This document shows, piece after piece, positions 60,158 through 64,000 of a DNA stretch of 64,000 bases (positions within the stretch are counted from its first letter, which is position 1; each line of letters opens with the position of its first letter). Made by a program: the position numbers and the translations under genes. The DNA is taken from NCBI RefSeq assembly GCF_006345805.1, contig NC_042997.1, positions 58,032,001-58,096,000 of the forward strand, given 5' to 3'. A model generated the notes under the pieces. That model was not told the origin of the DNA and ran no database searches. It saw only the letters and a program-made list of their open reading frames with translations. Origin of the DNA: Octopus sinensis (lineage: Eukaryota).

Positions 60158-63100
60158 TAAAACATCAAATGTTTTGGTGTGTGGCTTCTGACTCTCCCTG
60201 TACTATAGCACTTAAAAAATACTGCAGCAAAATAAAAACAACAAAACAAAGTAAAATAATAGAAGTTGAATAAATCTACTCCTCCGTTCATATATATATC
60301 AGAACCAATTGTATCATAGGCTGAGGGAAACCTGCTGCTGGTAATCATGTAATCCAGTACCACTTGCTCCAAGACAAGTAGTTGGTGATTAAACTGGACT
60401 CCTACTAGGCCTGCCCAGTAAGTAGGGAGTGTGGAACTTTAGCAGAATAAAAACAAAACCTGTTAAAAGTAATGAACTCCTTGAGAGCCAATGACACCCC
60501 TTTCTTGAGGAGGAAATGGGTGCTACCAGGTTTACCAAGCCCAATGAGAATGGAAGTGACAACTTCTATACTGGGTTGATTGAAAGCCCAGGAGTGAAGA
60601 AGATTGGTAAAAAAAAAATTTAGGTACCATAATAACAGAAATGCTATGTGAATGATTTTAGTTTTCATCAATATGAGTTGACTTACTTTTATCAGTGGAA
60701 TCCTTAGGGAATTTTGTTGTAATTTGTTGTAATTTTCAAAAGTACTGTATGTGACATATGACTGAGTGCTACCAGTAGTATATAAAAGAAAAAGCAGTTC
60801 CTTTTTGAATACAATTTTTGGTTGATCTCTGAAACGAGCATCACTAATCCAAATACCTGAGAAAAATACAGAATAAAAACAAAATAAATGCTCAAAATAG
60901 CTCATTTAACGAATGTACTGTCTTTAAACAAAGTGTCCTATGTGTTTTTTGGTGCCTATAATAATTTGATATGATTATTGTGATTTATAAAGAAGAAACA
61001 GCATAGTATCTACAGAAGCAGATGTTAAGCTATGTATTAGAAAAGTTTGGACAGCACTTAAAAGTCTCAGCACAAAAATGGAAATCTAAGCTCTCAGACA
61101 ATCTGAAAAGGAACATCTGCACAGTACTTTAAACTGTATTACTTTATAGTTCTTTCAGTTAGACACTAATCAAAAAGCATGAAATTATGCAGGCTTTGTC
61201 TCATTTTGAATGTGTCTTTGAAGGATTACCCAAGCAGAAAAAGATCATATAATAAGCTGCCAGATGTATCAGACACCATTAGAGAAAGAAGGGTCTGCTG
61301 GTTAGTGACACTTTGTTTTTGACACCTCAGAACAGTTGCCATGTGAAGGCATACATTGATTAGTGATGTCACAAAGTGGAACTATCACATACTATGGAAA
61401 ATAGAGATGGATGATCAGGGTCATGCAAATCTGAGGAAGCTTGAATTGATGATGACAATAAGTTTGGGTAGTTGTGGGACAATAATAAAGGGGGGGGGAG
61501 GGGAGAAAGAAATAGAGTAGAAGAATGTGTGGTTGATCCAAATACCTGAGACATTTTGAGTGTCTTCTGGTAAAGTAAATCAATCTATGCAACTATTAAT
61601 TATTAAATATATAGGGCATAACTTATACACGATAATATAGGAGCAGCAGCAGTACAAGAAGTAACACTTACTGAGTTTCTTCTCATAATTGCAATCAAAA
61701 TTCACTGAAGTAGCTCTGTCAGGGCTTATCCAGCACTTCTGACAACTTCAAACCAAATTCTGAAATAAACCAACCATGTAGCGGCTCTACAGCAAGAAAC
61801 CTGTTCTACTCTGACCCTTTTCTCTCATTTTTACTCCCTTTTACTTCTCATCTTCTCAGGGTTTGTAGTCTTTTAAGTTACATGGTCAATTCACTAGTGT
61901 TGGTGGTATGAAAAAAAGCACCCAGTAGTACACACTGTAAAGTGGTTGGCATCCAGTCATAGAAACTATGCCTAAGCAGACACTGGAATATGATACAATT
62001 CTTGGGCTCATTGGGTTCTGTGAAACCATCCAACCCATGCCAGCATGGAACATGGACATTAAATGATGATGATGATAATGATAATAATGACAATGGAAGG
62101 TTCACAACTTCTGCTTGTTTCAAACACTACCACTTGAAGTATATGTCTAAGCAGATTTTCCAGATTTCACTTCTTTGGCATGCAAAACCATGAAATGTAT
62201 AATAAACCATGTGAGATCAAGCAAATGTTTACACCTGTTGTCCTAAATAAGACACTTTCCTTGTCTCCAAAGGAATCATATAATTCCACTAACTATAGAA
62301 TACTGGGAACCTCAAGTCTTAAGAGTTTGTGTTTTCTAATGCTACGAACCGCTGCATACCTTGGAAACCTAATATTTTGCAAGACAATAGATATGCATGT
62401 TTACCTTGAGAGTTCCACACTTGCATGATACTGAATCGCTTATTATGATGCCTAACAGGATTGTAATTAGATATACTGAATTGTTCAAAAGAGTTTTGAT
62501 CTATGATTTTGACCCTGGAGATCTGCTCGAAAGTATTTTAAGATGATGTGGTGTGGTAGGTGGAAGATTTAGTGGCTATTTCTAGTAAATCAAGTGATAG
62601 TGTAGAGCTCTCTCCTTAGTTTGTAATGAAGTAAACTACAGAAAATTTTCGAAACACTAAACTGGCGATCCTATTCATTACCGTTTTTATATATAAGGTT
62701 AATCGCCAGTAAAATTTATGACGTAGGGGATCGGTTAGAGTTAAGTAAGAGTCTAGGGCGAGGGGCTAAGTAGCAGGCTAGTCCAAGGTTGGAAAGCTAT
62801 ACTTATATTGAAATATTTTGTACATGCACTAAAAATACGGGGCTGCACAAAATTTCTGTTTGTTTTATGATGTTTGGGATACCTGTTTTTAGGGGATGTT
62901 TTAAGAAATAATCCGTATGTAAATATAGTACTAAAGTTTCAATTGGGTATGGCAATTAGTATACCATCAAAAAATTTAACTCGGAAGTTTTCATCTTTTA
63001 CGAGAAATGATAATTTATTTTTTAATCAATCTTAATACTCGAAATTTATAGGAGAGAGAAAGGGAGCAGGAAATTGTGTCGTTGTCAATGAGATGTACAA

Positions 63101-63326
63101 TAAACAAAATTGAGTAGCAGACGCAATCATATAACTTGTTATATATTTAAATTTAATAAACTCAATAATTTGGCGACAAAAGCTTACCATCATTAAGGTA
63201 AATTACTACAAGAGGTAGTATGTATGTTAAAAGAGTAATGAAAACCTGTAGAGCTGTAGCTTTGGAGAAAATGTGACTTCGATATCGGCGTAATTCAGCA
63301 TGAGAAAAGATTTCAAAGACCGCCAT
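41780..63326 (-). CDS. TMEM231: Transmembrane protein 231 (MKS/B9 ciliary transition-zone complex); 7 coding exons, about 313 aa
   Basis: Exons 63326-63188, 60856-60687, 57500-57372, 56196-56053, 50067-49986, 48195-48090, 41951(or 41939)-41780. The translation (MAVFEIFSH...SKA...LTYILPL, EEDINGDGK, YHERNVTT, KYP...YSPS...KWGWVQY) is colinear with TMEM231 as recalled; phases are consistent. Confidence 0.93.
42105..42600 (-). mobile_element. Two tandem tRNA-derived SINEs, family C (others 38655-38935 minus, 44777-44960 plus, 15195-15360 plus)
   Basis: Head GGCGGCGAGCTGGCAGAA...GTTCTGAGTTCAAATTCCGCC...GACTTTGCCTTTCATCC. Confidence 0.8.
42920..43500 (-). mobile_element. RTE/RTEX-like LINE 3' fragment
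   Basis: RRLQWFGHTLR...RGGQLKTWLTTVKAD...LANDRHAW. Confidence 0.7.
43637..43864. mobile_element. Tc1/mariner-type MITE
   Basis: About 35-bp TIR CAGGGTGTCCCAAAAGTCACTGAT(A/G)GGTTTCAATTT, TA TSD on both sides. Confidence 0.93.
43916..44137. mobile_element. piggyBac-type MITE copy
   Basis: As 4221-4449. Confidence 0.8.
44240..45470 (+). repeat. About 170-bp diverged direct repeat (44240-44410 and 45295-45470)
   Basis: Shared CATGCTATCA...TAAGTTCTCTATCTGAGCAGTTCATAGTTTT...ATTCCCAGC. Confidence 0.8.
44777..44960 (+). mobile_element. tRNA-derived SINE, family C
   Basis: GGCGATGAGCTGGCAGAATC...TTCTGAATTCAAATTCTGCC. Confidence 0.8.
46150..46360 (+). mobile_element. Short copy of the tRNA-like head/pLTR tail found at 58555-58780
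   Basis: Shares GAAGGCTGGAGGGTATATCAGCC and AACAAGATGAG.ACAAATATCC. Confidence 0.7.
46509..47779 (+). mobile_element. Near full-length (about 1.27 kb) decayed mariner transposon inside the TMEM231 U12 intron
   Basis: TIRs AGGTGCATTCCAGAAGTTTTGAGACTT / AAAGTTTCAAAAATTCTAGAATGCACCT; remnants YAIKFCVK, YDPETKRQS, HQGNAP, HPLYSLDL. Confidence 0.88.
48090..48195 (-). CDS. TMEM231: TMEM231 exon 6 (TTKLIEPYYAWTIGRG...IKYPRQEF)
   Basis: Acceptor TTCCAG, 106 nt, followed by U12-type donor GTATCCTTTT. Confidence 0.92.
49986..50067 (-). CDS. TMEM231: TMEM231 exon 5 (TSIIDSDSVYASAYDLSNILKKYHERN)
   Basis: AG/GT bounded, 82 nt. Confidence 0.92.
51650..53460 (-). mobile_element. Decayed CRE-clade non-LTR retrotransposon (RT + restriction-like endonuclease)
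   Basis: TGVQQDDLHGPLLF, WYLDDVTLAG, EINLPKSE; zinc knuckle PHKCHYG...HQLFC..SAG..HATLNGIIRR; KHFD; AATRNAEERK; LHGN. Confidence 0.8.
53965..54420 (-). mobile_element. RTE 3'-end (SINE-like) copy with internal tandem units; other copies 14615-14760, 24425-24500, 39180-39340, 46380-46450, 50201-50460, 53550-53765, 55785-55960, 61905-62075
   Basis: Matches the 3'UTR of the RTE at 32422-32737; (GAT)n tails. Confidence 0.85.
56053..56196 (-). CDS. TMEM231: TMEM231 exon 4 (KHGSITMNSMAY...NIRFN)
   Basis: AG/GT bounded, 144 nt. Confidence 0.92.
56837..57042. mobile_element. piggyBac-type MITE copy
   Basis: As 4221-4449. Confidence 0.75.
57372..57500 (-). CDS. TMEM231: TMEM231 exon 3 (SVEEDINGDGKLD...FFHYELH)
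   Basis: AG/GT bounded, 129 nt. Confidence 0.93.
57615..58780. mobile_element. Head-to-head inverted pair of Penelope-like element 3' ends (GIY-YIG + pseudo-LTR)
   Basis: Left arm (minus) YSISCSCGSLYKGETCHPLKIRVDKH...GIADHVW...KIINREHHWKIQKLKEAAH; right arm (plus, from about 58303) repeats the same sequence inverted. Confidence 0.88.
58688..58733 (+). ncRNA. Hammerhead-like motif in PLE pseudo-LTR
   Basis: AACAC-CUGAUGA-A-GGCUG..CAGCU-GAAAUGUU-GUGUU. Confidence 0.55.
59556..59810. mobile_element. hAT-type MITE, same family as 13560-13848
   Basis: Degenerate TIRs, near-identical 8-bp flanks TTTTAAAC/TTCTAAAC, shared interior. Confidence 0.8.
60687..60856 (-). CDS. TMEM231: TMEM231 exon 2 (GIWISDARFRDQP...LRIPLIK)
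   Basis: AG/GT bounded, 170 nt. Confidence 0.92.
63188..63326 (-). CDS. TMEM231: TMEM231 exon 1
   Basis: AACATGGCGG start, TM segment, donor G|GTAAGC, 139 nt. Confidence 0.92.
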
Positions 63327-63361
63327 GTTCAAACTAAAGTTGCATCGGAAATGTAACTGCG

Positions 63362-63375
63362 GTAACCATAGTAAG
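63362..63375. promoter_or_regulatory. Candidate RFX X-box upstream of TMEM231
   Basis: GTAACCATAGTAAG, 13/14 match to GTHNYYATRRNAAC, about 36-49 nt upstream of the ATG of a ciliary gene. Confidence 0.6.
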
Positions 63376-63382
63376 GATATTT

Positions 63383-63394
63383 CGTCACTTCCGG
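63383..63394 (-). promoter_or_regulatory. Overlapping ETS/CRE half-site motif (CCGGAAGTGACG)
   Basis: Exact motif in a CpG-richer proximal promoter segment; the start codon also sits in a YY1-like AACATGGCGG. Confidence 0.5.
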
Positions 63395-64000
63395 GTTCTG
63401 AAATCCCACCCTAAAGCTGTATGTTTATGTTTACGGAATAAATACATTTATAGTGATGGAAATTGTTAGGAACTAAGGGTACGCTAAGGTTCAAGTGGTT
63501 GAAGTTGAGGTGTTGGGGGCTAGACACTATAAGTCTCCCGCTGTCCGTGGGTTGATAAATAGGAGTACACCATAATCGTGCGTTGTACCTTTCCCAATCA
63601 ATCTACATTTAGTTATTTTTTAATCTTCTTTGTACTGAGTATAACTACATAAATGTTCCCCTACTGATTTTGTTTCCTCATAACTTTAAGAAAATGGGCG
63701 CTTTTTGATGAAATTTTCTACAAATATTTTCAAATGATGTAGATTACAGTTATATCGGAACTTAATATAGTAAAAAAAAATATTTCTTTTTTTTAAATGG
63801 TGGGCGCTAACACATCATTAACTTTTTCAAAATTTTAGTCTCATTTTGTAGATACGTATGTGCGCACTCTTCACTTTTTTCTCATTTTTTTTTCTAAAAA
63901 TTCCTATATGATCGTAATTTACATAATCTGAAAGGTATTTTTTGAATATTTCACCAAAAAGTATCCATTTTCCTCAAAGTTATGCCATAGAATTAATGAA

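Noticed and set aside
59914-60372. 152-aa minus-strand ORF in TMEM231 intron 2
   Set aside because: Driven by (AAT)n/(AAC)n repeats; no recognisable domain or splice support.
62650-62790. CTGGCGAT/ATCGCCAG hairpin with telomere-like GGTTAGAGTTAAG
   Set aside because: Too degenerate for an interstitial telomere call; probably a common MITE-like repeat that I could not delimit.

Overview
AT-rich, microsatellite- and TE-dense animal genomic DNA; the repeat families look like Octopus (coleoid cephalopod), which is an inference. Two intron-containing genes on the minus strand were reconstructed exon by exon. DLD (mitochondrial dihydrolipoamide dehydrogenase) has 14 coding exons, 27207->3856, 507 aa. 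TMEM231 (ciliary transition zone) has 7 coding exons, 63326->41780, about 313 aa. The last TMEM231 intron carries U12 (minor spliceosome) signals and may end in a non-canonical TG. Introns and the 27-41 kb intergenic space hold CR1, RTE, CRE, Gypsy, mariner and Penelope-like (PLE) relics, tRNA-derived SINEs and hAT/Tc1/piggyBac-type MITEs. The most striking unexplained structure is a cluster of minimal type I hammerhead-ribozyme motifs in short (TA)n-flanked elements near PLE sequence. Two have intact cores (31956-31998 and 33965-34078). A palindromic pair carries a compensatory G3-C8 core swap (34379-34482), and several copies are decayed. All calls are by eye; no searches or folding programs were run.
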